From Klebsormidium nitens (Eukaryota; Plantae; Klebsormidiophyceae): a stretch of 64,000 nucleotides of DNA. A program made the translations under genes and the position numbers. The notes beneath the pieces were generated by a model, which worked only from the letters and a program-made list of their open reading frames with translations, had not been told where the DNA came from and searched no databases. The stretch's first letter is position 1; every line of letters begins with the position of its first letter. Location of the stretch: contig DF237157.1 of the NCBI GenBank assembly GCA_000708835.1, positions 1 through 64,000 on the forward strand. Reading direction: 5' to 3'. Of the stretch, positions 49,101 through 60,899 are shown piece by piece.

Positions 49101-51354
49101 GTTAGCGACTCGAGAGATCCGGTCTGTGATCAGTGCAAAACATAAAAAGCTCGGCCGCTTTTTGACAGTGACGGGCTTGAGATCTGGTGATGAGCTGATA
49201 GTCGATCGAAAATGACCACGAGATACAAGGTAAGTCGCCAAACACAATGGTTTGCATTCTTCAATCAGACCGGAGCAGGGCCCCCATCGGGCTCAAACCA
49301 ACTCGTCCGAGAGGGTGGAACCCCGTGTTCAGGTAGCTAAAGGGGGAAAGCTTCGGAAAAGGGTTGCAGCAAAGAAGGAGGACAGAAAGATCTAACCAAA
49401 GGCGTTCGATTCTTTGTTGGCGAACTTCAGTTCAGTGCCACAGAGAAAGGAAAAAAGAGGAACTAGAAGAAACGGGAAAGACAAAGTTTCAGGAGCCTGA
49501 AGCAGGAACAGAAACTTAGCGACATCATTCATGTTTGGATGACGTCAGCTGACCTCAGGTCATGCTGCAGGCCGTGCCCCACGAGGATCGTCCCCGGTTC
49601 GGACAGCAACTCCAGGACGGCTTTCTGGGCGTCCGCGTGGGAGTACGTCACTTTCCCCAGGAGCTTGGCGGACGCGCCCGTGATCTCCGTCCGGTAGTCG
49701 AGGACCTTGGCGGACGGCTTCACGAATTCGGACAGCAGGACCTGGTCCGAATTGGGGAAAAGATATGGTTAACATATGTTTATGATATGGTCGATATATC
49801 AATCACATATGGAGCTTGGCGAACGCGCCCGCAATGTCTGTCCAGTAATCAAGAACCTTGGCAGACAACTTCACACTTCGGACAGCAGGACCGAAGCGGT
49901 CGAAAGCTGCGTCAAAAGCAAGCGGTAATTGCATCACAGCCTCCAGTCCCGGAATCGTAGGAGCAAAATCAAGCTCAGAATCGGAGTGGGGTCAGGCCGA
50001 AATACTGGACATTTGGTCGTTAAAACCATTTGACACACGAGAAGACATGGGGGTTATGCCCTCCTTATACAATTAGAAATCTTTCTCACCTCCAAGCTTT
50101 GATCGACCACCGACAACCGCACCAGCTCCTTTGCATTCCCCTCCGCCTTGCACATTTCGCAATCCACGGACAGTAGCCGCGTCCGGGAAGGCGCGTCCGA
50201 AACTCCGCCCCGGCGGCTAAGGGCCCACCCCTCCTGGTACGCCGGCAGGTCGTAGGCTTGCTTGTACGTGGGGTGTGCACGGGTGCGGGCTACAAGGCCC
50301 TGCGGACGAAGGAAACGAAACTTGAATCCGATCGTACGAGGCTGGGCTGGCAATGGCGGCCCCGTCCTCCGGCCCATCCGGCCAGCGTTGCGGGGCACGT
50401 CGGCCGGCGAATAAGGTCTCCAGCTGGCCCTATCGTTGTGAGTAGTTTTTAAATTTTAAAATCTCCGGCGTTGGTCGTCAAACATTGTTCGTTGGGGGGA
50501 CATTTGAGCTTAGAACACTCTTCCACAGACCCAGTCTTTTACTTATTAGTACGAAAAAGTGATAATAAGACTTAAAAGACTTACAGAGGCCCACACAGCC
50601 TGCTCATCACTGCCTCAAACCCAACGGTGCCTCTCAAGCGGATAAGCTTAACCTTGCTGCATGCACTGTGAAGATACGCATCATGGATTAAACAGGACTC
50701 CTCCCCCTACCTGTTCCACCAAACCCGAGAAAGCGTCATCCGAAAAACACGAAGGATTGGGCTTGCCGCGTTGATTCATAAGGACAGGAAACAGCGATGG
50801 CCATAGCATAGACTCACCTGTTCTGGAGAATCTGGGAATGGGTCGTCCCGCTCCAGCCGCTCTTCCTCTCGGAGCCATGCGAACCACCCCCGCATTCTCC
50901 GCACGAGATCGACGTCCTCGTCGGTGGTCAGCGTCGCGCAGAATGCAGCGAGGGTCTGCCAGTCCCTCCGAGCCGGGTCGTTCTGAATCGGCTTGGAGGG
51001 ATCCCCCCGGGGAAGAGTGGCGAGGAATGATTTCCAGGGGCCTTTGGAACCAGCGGAGCCCCGGCGCTGTGTCTCCTTGACGATCTTCACGAGGAGCTGT
51101 ATTGGGAGTGATGAAGGGTGAGAAAGTCGACCAAATTTCTGGACAGGTGGTTAGAAGGCTTGGTTGCGTTGGGCCAATATCAGTAATGTACGCCTGTCAC
51201 ACTTTACTGGGTACCATATTGGATACCAGCAGAAAAGGATAAATGTGATAGCCTGTAGTCAATGGCGCACCTGCAAACTTCAGTGAACTGATGAAGGTCT
51301 CCGCCGCATTCCAACTTGTTCGGATGTGACTACAGCGGGGAGATGGCAATCCAT
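46173..51354 (-). CDS. SDN: Small-RNA-degrading nuclease (SDN/REXO-type DEDDh 3'-5' exonuclease with RRM and long basic tail); start codon tentative
   Basis: LLVKIVK...GPWKSFL...NDPARRDWQTL (SDN N-terminus); SVDCEM, VKPSAKVLDYRTEITG, LVGHGLQHDLRALRIDHRRVIDTSLIF, AHDSIEDA (DEDDh motifs intact); KLFLHKIP...GTTFALFKNPEVANAAF (RRM); DALGRAQK; K/R/E-rich tail. The first micro-exon (ATG 51354, MDCHLPAVVTSEQ) is tentative. Confidence 0.9.
49812..49891 (-). repeat. Degenerate 80-bp intronic copy of the first 81 nt of the next SDN exon (49741-49661)
   Basis: Copy GTCCTGCTGTCCGAAGTGTGAAGTTGTCTGCCAAGGTTCTTGATTACTGGACAGACATTGCGGGCGCGTTCGCCAAGCTC versus exon GTCCTGCTGTCCGAATTCGTGAAGCCGTCCGCCAAGGTCCTCGACTACCGGACGGAGATCACGGGCGCGTCCGCCAAGCTC. 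Confidence 0.93.
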
Positions 51355-52547
51355 GTGACGCGTCCGCTATGGACTCCCTTTATTAACGGAGCCAGGTAAG
51401 AAGTGCTTTACTATTGATTGCTTCTGTCAACTTTGAATCGATCCTTTCTGGCAAGCATTAGTCCTTTTACCACTTACAGCCGCCCACTCTACACGCTTTC
51501 TGAATGACATGAATATCCGGATTTTAAGGCCGGGGCTTCGATTGCAGTGGTGGTGCGCTGTGAAAACACAGAAACTCGGATTGAACGACATTGAATGCAT
51601 TGATACAGTATCTACATACCCAATTCCCAAAATAACTCTGCACAGTGCTGCAGACATCTGCGGGTATACGGATAATATGTTTCTTGTTTGATGACTTGCA
51701 GTGGCCACTTTCATTGCTCCAAGAACAAACGCAGTGTGTTCATCACATAGACTCTGCATATGACAGTCTTTTTCAATGCAGGCCAGCTGTTGGTGGTAAT
51801 GGTAAGCATCAAGATTTTGATGAGTGGCCGGCAGCTTCTCAGAAACGTGCATGGCTACTATTGCATAGATAGAGGCCCAGGTGCTACTGACCTTCAAGGC
51901 ACAGAAATGACCAGATAAACTTTGTCCCCAGTTGACTTGGAAAAACACGAGCAACTTTCCACTTTGCACGAAGCAGAATACTTTTTGCCGGCAGATAGAA
52001 TTTTCTACTCACATCGTGGTCGCCCGGCACAAACCCCTCAAGCGCATCCTGCCCCCCCATACTTGGCGAGCCCAGAGCAATGCTTGCTCCAATCAACCTG
52101 CCATCCTGCACTCAAGGCGCTCTGACGAAGTCTACAAAAAGTGCATTCGTCGCCACCATTCAATGAAATGGGAACGGTAGCTGTGACCTGAGGCTGTGGT
52201 GAGCGCGCCACGTTCCGCCCACAGCAGAAGATCTGCGGAATCTGTGGGGCTCACATTGTCTGCCCCGAATCTGTGAATCTTTCCGGGCGGCGGGCGCCGT
52301 CCGATCTTGTACGATGCGCCCACGGACGGCGCAGGGAGCGCGATAGATTCACAGAGTGAAACTAACTCAGCTCCTCTTTGTGCAGCCAGAGCTAACGAAA
52401 TTTGCCTTGCCTGCAGCAGCATTTTGGAGGCGCCATAGGTCGAGGAAGCGCTTCTCGGGCGCCAGGTACACATCTGAGAAAGCACATTAGATCAGGAAGG
52501 AAGCTGTCAGCAAAGAAAAGTTTTGGGAAAAACAGATTCGAGCAGTC

Positions 52548-55500
52548 ATGATGGCGACCGCCTCAACCGCCTCGCATGCGGCGCTGAATGCGGCCGGGCT
52601 TGCGAGCTGCAGCCAGACCAATGGAAGCAGGAAGCCGGTCGGTGCTGCGCTTCCACAGAGGTTTGTTGGAAGGAACATGGCAGGGCAGCAGGTGGCAGGT
52701 TTTTGGGGAACTGGGATTGCTGGCGGGGAGATCAGGGCGGAGGGGCACTGCAGGCGGCAAACTAGGGGCGGGATGCCGAGAATCCAGGCGACGGCTGTGG
52801 TTGCAGATGTGAACCCTGCTGAGACAGTGGTGAGTGCAGAGAGGATCTAGTGCAGATTGGGAGTAGATCGACTCGTTCTATGTTGGAATTGGGGAAGTGG
52901 CTGTTTTGGAAAATCTGAATACATCGGATTTTACGTTTGTGTTTCAAAATATGACTCAGAACTTGAGCTTTGTTCCAGGACTGAAGCAGTTTGTTGTCTC
53001 CGGGTTGTATATCGATGAGCTTGACCTTGAGTCCACTTCAGATGACATTACCGATCAACATTGGAAAGGAGTATCGGATTGATATTCATAGTACGGCACC
53101 CGGGTTGGCATTATTGCGAACAGCCACTGTGATTGCGCTGGCAGGGTTATGCTAAATGTTGGGCCATGAGTACGATGATTGCTCTAGCCATGTGGATCCA
53201 TTGAGTGGTCAGAGTTGTCCACGTCATCTTTGTTAATCTTCGCTGTGAATGCCTTTGGACTGCAAGGCTTAACAAGGCGCTCACATGTTGCCTGCAGCCT
53301 TAAGAAGGCCACTTTCACTGTTTTTGAAATATCCTGTAAGCTTGAATAGCTGACAAGGTGGTTCAAGTATCCTCCAAGAAATATGCTTTCAACGTTGTTG
53401 TGAGGCTTTTCTGAGCATGATGTTGGAATGAGGTTATAGTCATTCTTGTTGTACACTGGTTTTTAGTTTCATTATGTTAGCTTTAATTGTTTCAGTCCCA
53501 ATCGTCATGCCAGAGAAAGCTTATCTTCCCTCTCTTGCCATAGAAGTACTGCATTGCATGGAAATGCAATTTGCAAGCTTTTGGCCAGCTCTATTGATTT
53601 TGACCAATTCAAGCCTGCAAACGAATCTGTGTACACCCGATTTTCATTTTTTTTGAGAAGTGCCGGAGGTTGTTCAGGATATTGTATAAAAGGTCTTGAA
53701 GCGCAACAACCATGTTGTGGCGTGAAACGCTTTTTATTGCTTTGACAATGTGGGCCTGCAAGTGTTGGAGCAGTTGTGCTTTTCATATATGCATGAGCGG
53801 TTTTGGCAATTTGTGCCAGGACTCCCATATTTACTTTAGTTCTACAACCATTTCCAGAAAGCAACTCCATCACCAAAATTTTGGCAACGGAGTTGAAGCT
53901 ACATTTGAAACACTGGTGGATGGAAGCGCGAAAAAGTTGGAGATCGAGTGCTCAGAGTCCTTCTTGATCCATCCTGCACAAGGGTAGCGGGGCAGTGAGG
54001 CATGCTCGCCAGAGCAAAGTGGTCAGACACGAAGTGTCATATTCTGCTGGAAATCCACCTTGGAGAAAGACCTCGTCACTGAGCTCGGGACTGCAAATTT
54101 CAACATGAATTTATGAACTTTCTTAATCAAGCCTGGCTCAACTAGTGAACGCTGGGTTGCAGCTATTGGTGGTTGCGGAAAGAGTGGTTGCTATGAGCAT
54201 GGCCGGTTGAAGTTGCATACAGAAAGCAATCGGTAGCACTTGCTTTGGAGTCCGGATCTGGGATCATCGAACAATAAATGCTAGATCCAGAGGACTCTGC
54301 AAGCAGGACATGACAACGGATGAATTTGATGCAGGTCCGCTCAGAGCTGGTCAACCCTCGCCATGTGGTTGCCGTCATTCTTGGAGGTGGAGCTGGCTCG
54401 AGGTTGTTCCCTCTGACCAAGTCCCGTGCTAAGCCTGCGGTGAGTCATCCTCTCATTAGACCTCAGGCTCCAAACTTGTAGAATGCGTCAAAAGCACATT
54501 CGTGCTCAGAGCGTCTGGCCGCTTTGAAAGGCGATCACTCACATACAGATACCTTAACAAGAAGTTTCTGGTAGCAGCAATGCTTAGTTGGCGTTTTGCA
54601 TGTGGCGTGTGTGTTGGAAGATGGGTGGACTCTTCTGATATGACGTGACAGGACTGGTTCTCTTCCACGTTCGAAAGGTTGAAGCTGCGCTGGATAGGGA
54701 TTGCCTGAATATGGAGCTAAGTTGCCCCGGAACTTGGCGCAAGATGTCCCGCAATCTCTGGGGCTGAGAAGGAAATTACCTGCTTCAACATTTAGCGTTT
54801 GCCGCATGTGGGGGCAAAGAGGGAGATGGAAACACACTCATAGTCAGAACGCCTTATGATACCCTCCTCATCAGGTCCCAATTGGTGGTGCATACCGGCT
54901 GATTGACGTGCCAATGAGCAACTGCATCAACAGCGGAATCACCAAGATGTACATCCTCACCCAATTCAACTCCGCTTCCCTCAACCGGCACTTGGCCAAG
55001 ACCTACCTAGGGAATGGCGCCACCTTTGGGGACGGTTTTGTAGAGGTGAGGGCGAGCCTCTTGTTGGTTGTATCTTGTGTTCACAGCTTCTGGTGATTAT
55101 ATTATCTGGAGGTCAGTGGAAGGGGCACATGCGGTGCCTAAGCAGGTCAGTTGACGGAGTGTGTGTAATGCAGTCTTCTGCCAGCTTTGTATGATTGGAG
55201 CCGCACAATAGAGGGCAGAGGGATCATCAAGCGCACCTGCGCCTGTGCAAAAAAAGAAGTGGTTTTGACTGTGGGGCCACTGTATGAACTGCCACCTCTG
55301 CGTTAGGGCACAGTTATGCAGGTCTAGAACAGGTGTTTGAAGATTCGTCAGAAACCGAGTGATGCTTGTAATTTTCAAGATCGGAAGTTGGTTCCAAGGA
55401 ACACGAGACATATATCTGTACAGGGGACGGTACATCACCAAAGGCTACCATATAGTTGCTTTTGCAGCTTCAAGCTTGGAGCTTATAAACTGTTGCACAA

Positions 55501-58500
55501 AACGAAACGAGAAATCTTCTGATTCTGTTAAATAGGCAATGAAGGCAGTGTAAATGGAGAAAGGGCATACTTGAACCTGGTTCGCTGTCAGCCAGCCAAC
55601 GCCCAGCCAACGCCCTTTTGAATTGTGTGTCAAAAAAGTAAACTAGTTAATATGGGGAGCCAATTTCATTTGCCACGAAGTTCCGACAAAAAGCAATGCA
55701 CCGCTCGTATGGAGTGCTTATCGCGTCCTCTCTCCCAGGTTCTGGCCGCTCACCAGACCCCCTCCGACAAGAACTGGTTCCAGGGGACTGCTGATGCTAT
55801 CCGGCAATACTCCTGGCTGTTCGAGGTGAGGGAACGTTACACGTACACGTTACATGCCAAAGGTCGATCACAAAAACATACAGCTGCTATTGACTGATGG
55901 CAAATCAACAATCGTAACCTCTTTTGACCGACTTGAAAAACTCGGCTGCTGTTCTGCACACTGGAAACTCGGATCAAGTCGTCGTGCCTCCAGTTCAAGC
56001 TTGTTTCATACCTCTGCTGTGTTAAGAACCTGGTCCCTGTGCCTTCGCTTGCAGGATATCAGAAATAGGGACATTGAGGATGTCGTCATCCTGTCTGGAG
56101 ACCATCTGTACCGTATGGATTACATGGACTTTGTACAGGTAAGGCACTACTGCATCTTGCACCATGCGCGAGTTCAACCCTAGGTACTCACGGCAGCCTT
56201 AATGAGTGCTGCTTTCGACAAAAAGTTGCTCATAACATGCTCCTGCTGCCTGCGTGCATGGCTCATGCAGAATTTTCCAGCTACCTTGGCGGTACCCAAC
56301 ATGAATGGCCGTAATCGTAAAATGCACTTCGGTAGAGCATTCTGGCTAAGCTGCAGTTGCCAAGGGCAAATTGCAGGCTTCGATTCAGAGCGACCCGATT
56401 ACTTTTCATGGAATCCTTCTGACACGATTCAACTGGCGTGCTTGTTCTTTGTGCAGAAACACAAGGATACTGGTGCTGACATCACCATCTCTGTTGTGCC
56501 TATGGACGACAGGTATGGCTAATGTGCCTCGTTCTCGTCAGCCTGATCTTATGAACGTCTGAAAGGATCCTGCCGGCAGCGTCCGCATGTATGACGATCA
56601 CTTGTTTTCTCGTATCCTTTTCATATCGATTCCTCGGCGCCGCCTACATTCTGATTGTTGACATATTATTCTCTCAGCCAATACGAGTACTTCGTTATCA
56701 AACCTGCTGAACCACAGAGAAGGCTTGGACGCGTTTTCTGCACGTTGTTGAACGGGATTAGAGGTGGTCAACCGGGTTAAGTTCGAACGTATTTTCTCCA
56801 ATGGTTGGATCCTCCTATGTCACGATTCTTCCGATCGAGTATGAACTCTTGGGCTCAAAACTTGGTTAAAGGGCCCTACTAAGCAAGACCAATCATCTAC
56901 TTGTGCAGCCGTGCTTCCGACTTCGGGCTGGTGAAGATCGATGCCACTGGCCGGATCACGTCGTTCGTCGAGAAGCCGAAGGGCGAGGATCTCAAGGCTG
57001 CGGTGAGCCTGCTTGGATTCGCCCGCTTGTTCCGTTTATCAGCGGCAAAGCGACCCCACAAGGATCTTTGGCAACTTTCAGGGAGCTGAGAACGGAAAGT
57101 TGTCGAGTTTTCCGCGTGGGATCATTGAGCGAGGTCTTTACTGACATGACACTGCAAAACTTATGATCTCCTGGAACACCCCACGTTCTTGCTGCCCTCG
57201 TTTGCAATCTGAGTGCTTGTCACGGAGGTAGTCTGCTGCAACACGCGAGCCGGTTCGTCGCTCCAAGTAGAAGTGTTGTTCGATAGGCATAGCGGCGTCT
57301 GTGAGGAACCCAAGTGGTGGAGGCTGCAGGTGTCACTCGAAACAACTTGGATGTCTCGTAAAAGCCCACATGCCGCGTTTCTGGCCTCCGTCACCAGGAG
57401 AGCTTCGTCTTTCAGAGCAGCTCTATAAGCTACGGAGTACTGACTGGCATTTGGATTCAATAAGGGCAGAAAAACTAACTCCAGGTACTCTTCACTGTGT
57501 GTGTGTCAAACATCCCGGCTCTGCTCGTGCCTGCAGGCGGTTGACACCACCATCCTGGGCCTGGACAAGGAGACCGCCAAGGCGAAGCCGTACATTGCGT
57601 CCATGGGCATCTACGTCTTCAAGAAAGAGGTGCTCCTGAAATTGCTCAGGTGAGAAGGCCCCGTGTTTCTCCAGGTGTAGACTTCAGACTGATTGAGAAT
57701 CTAAGAATCCAGTAAAATTCCAGCACTTTTACAAACTCTGCCCAGACTTTTGGTTTCAGAAAAGTCGTTTACGGATGTGTTCAAGTGAACGTCCGAGTGC
57801 ACGTTAGAAGTCTTGTTTTTGTGACTAACGTAAAGCTCACCGAACAACGGGATTTGGAACTGCGGAAGGTATTGGTTGGAAGGCCCCGCGGCTCGGGTCC
57901 ATTACCGCTACTCTGTCTTTATGGTTCTAAAGCAGTAAAGAATCTACATCAAGAGGATCTCGTCAAAGGTGGATCTGACCTTGAAAAGTTCTAAGCCTCG
58001 TGGAAGGAGACTCTGCTGGTCAGAACGCCGGAACTTCAACCTCGGCAGTAGCTTGACAGGATGCTCGACTTTCCTGCCCAAGGACTGACAATTTCTCCTT
58101 CGCGATTTGGACGATGAATCCGGGCAGTTGCGACTTTTAAGGGTCTGGGACATTTGGAATTGACAGAACGAAAAAAGTAGACGTTGTATCCTTTTTGCAC
58201 TAGTTTACGAGGGGCCTGCCTTCGAATGATTGGTTTCCTGACACGCTTCCTTTGTGTTGCAGATGGAGGTTCCCGAACTCCAACGACTTTGGCGGAGAGA
58301 TCATCCCTCAGTCCACGGAGGAGCACAACGTTCAAGTGAGTGCGCCTTTTGAATTGCTCCTCGCTACCGCTTTGGCTGCTCATATTATGCGTCTTTTCGT
58401 ACTTTTTGCGTGCCTTTCTCATGGTTTTCGGGAATCGTGATTGTCCAAGCAGAAATCAGGAGCGAGAGGAAGGAAAAGGGGGCTAAATTACATGCGCAGT

Positions 58501-60899
58501 TACGCGCCGCGGCTGCGAACTCGTGATAGGGAAACTCATGGCGCCTGTTCGAAGGTTTTTCAGCCCTGAATCTGATTCCGATTCCGAGGGCTAAAGTTAG
58601 GGGCTGAGTTCAGGCTGACTCTGGCTCCTTCTTTTGCAGGCGTACCTCTTCAAGGACTACTGGGAAGACATCGGTACCATTAAGTCATTCTTTGATGCGA
58701 ATCTGGCCCTCACAGACTCGGTAAGTGCATTTCGCTTATAATTGATGCTATGCCATGATGCCCGTTGGATCGGGCAGTCTTTTTGAAGTCTTCGAAATCT
58801 GCTCGTCGTTTTGCTGCTGATCATGTTAGCGATCGAGTAAGGGCCCAGCCCTTTGCAAGTGTGTTTTATCTGATAACCTACAGAGTTGCTGTCGTGGGAA
58901 CCGTCTTGGCATGAGCTTAGATTTTCATCTACTTTCTGAGACAAATCAGTATTCCGAAATCCAGTCGTCCCGCTTGCTGATCTCACAGAACAAGGTGAAC
59001 GCTGTTTGTATTGCTTGTCTTGTGAGTAAGCAGCTCGGTGCAACTAAATGGCAGCCTTAACAAAGTCAAGTTGATAACCTGTGTTGAAGGATTGTCCAGA
59101 AAGGACAAGCCTCGAACCTTGAGCACTCTCTTGTGCTGGCAAAGCACTGCATAGAATCTGTTGTAAGCTTGAGCCTCCTGAACCCTCCTTACTTGCCCTG
59201 CCTGTGTAAACCCCCAAGTTGCTTACCATGACGTTCAGAAGCCGTCCACACAGAGTTCCATTCACTTGTTGCGAGTCTGTCCGCGGCGTCACTAACCCAA
59301 TATTATCTCTGTTCATCGAGGCTCCAGGATCAATCGCCACAACGTCCGAAAGCCTGCTTTTCGAAGCTCTACAACTCTTCATGCGGGCATCTTGAACCAT
59401 CGTATAGCCCCAAAGTTTGATTACCAAGACGCCAATAGACCTGCTATCCGAAGCCATTACAAATTCACCTAGTTGTCTTTGTCAGATGTCTAAACGCTCC
59501 CCACTTCTGTGCAGCCGCCCCAGTTCAAGTTCTACGACGCCCAGAAGCCCATCTACACGTCCCCCCGCTTCCTCCCCCCCACCTCCATGGAGAAGTGCTC
59601 GATCACAACGTCCATCATTTCGCACGGCTGCTTCCTCCGGGAGTGCAAGGTCGAGCACAGCATCGTGGGCATTCGGGCGCGCCTTGAGAAGGGGGCGGAC
59701 CTCAAGGTGACGCACCATGGAGCTTACTGGTCCAAAATTCTTTCAAACTTTGGATAGATTTGCAAGGACTTCATTCTGGAGGTTGGAGGGGTTCCGGTTG
59801 TTGAATCCGGCTTTGAAGTTCCTGTAGATTGTCGGGGTGTAATGTCAGGAAGGGCACTCAAATCGCGTTCCGTTGTTTTGGGTAAGTGCAGTTCCCTACC
59901 GCAATGTCAATCGAGCAGTGCTCCCAACACAAGGACACGGGCGGGGCTTGGGCGGCGCAAAACGAGACACAAGCCACATGAGTCTGCACTGGAAGGATCC
60001 GCCGTGCAATGAATCGCTGCATAGCGTTTGGTCCTCTGATCATCCTTCACGGCTTGCTTATGGGTGCAGGACGTGCTGTACATTGGCGCTGATGAGTATG
60101 AGACTGACGCTGAGCGGGCCGGCATTCTGGCCAACGGCGGGGTCCCCATTGGAATCGGCGAGAACACGGTGATCCGGAACGCCATCATCGACAAGAACGC
60201 TAGGATCGGCAAGAACTGCGTCATCACAAACAAGGATGTGAGTGCACAAGCCACGTCACACGGCTGCTTGCCATTTTCCCGTTCTCAGCTTCCCGAGCTT
60301 TCATCTATCAGGGCCAGGGCCTGTGATCACGGGAAACGCTCCAGGCTTTGGCTTCCTGAAAGTCGTATAAGACGGCATGAGAGTCACACATTCACAGGGA
60401 GTTCTTAAGCAAGTCCGAAGTTTGTTGCCTTGAGTGTTCCGAGCGCATATGCTGAGAAGCTGTGCACGGTTGTGCGGCGGCTTTCTTAAAACGTCCGACA
60501 TGGGCCTTGCGTATCGTCACTGGTTTGATACTTGTTGGCTAAGTGCGAAGTGCTGGGGATGTTTTGGGGACAGGTCCTGTTTCCACACTATGTCGTGAGC
60601 CAGTCGTTTCTTACATTCACGTTGAAAGCCACAGGAACTCCCTTACAATTTTGAGAGGCCAATGCAAAGGTCGGCCAAGCCTGGGTGGCTCGAAGAGTTC
60701 GCTTTCGTTATGTCCATGTTATACTGTCATCTCCACGAGAGGTAAAATTTTGGCCAGCTAGAACTGGATTTTGATGACGTCAGCCCCACATGCGCAGGGC
60801 GTCATGGAGTCCGACCACTCGAAGGACGGCTACATGATCCGCAGCGGCATTGTGGTCATCCTCAGGGAGAGCAAAATTGCAGACGGTACTCACATCTAG
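52548..60899 (+). CDS. APL: ADP-glucose pyrophosphorylase (glucose-1-phosphate adenylyltransferase) large subunit, plastid-targeted, multi-exon
   Basis: Transit peptide, then [47 protein letters not shown]...[126 protein letters not shown] indicates the large rather than the small subunit. Confidence 0.97.

Noticed and set aside
52830-54334. AT-richer first intron of the AGPase gene with 60-120 aa ORFs, possibly a TE remnant
   Set aside because: No recognisable motif, terminal repeat or codon bias.
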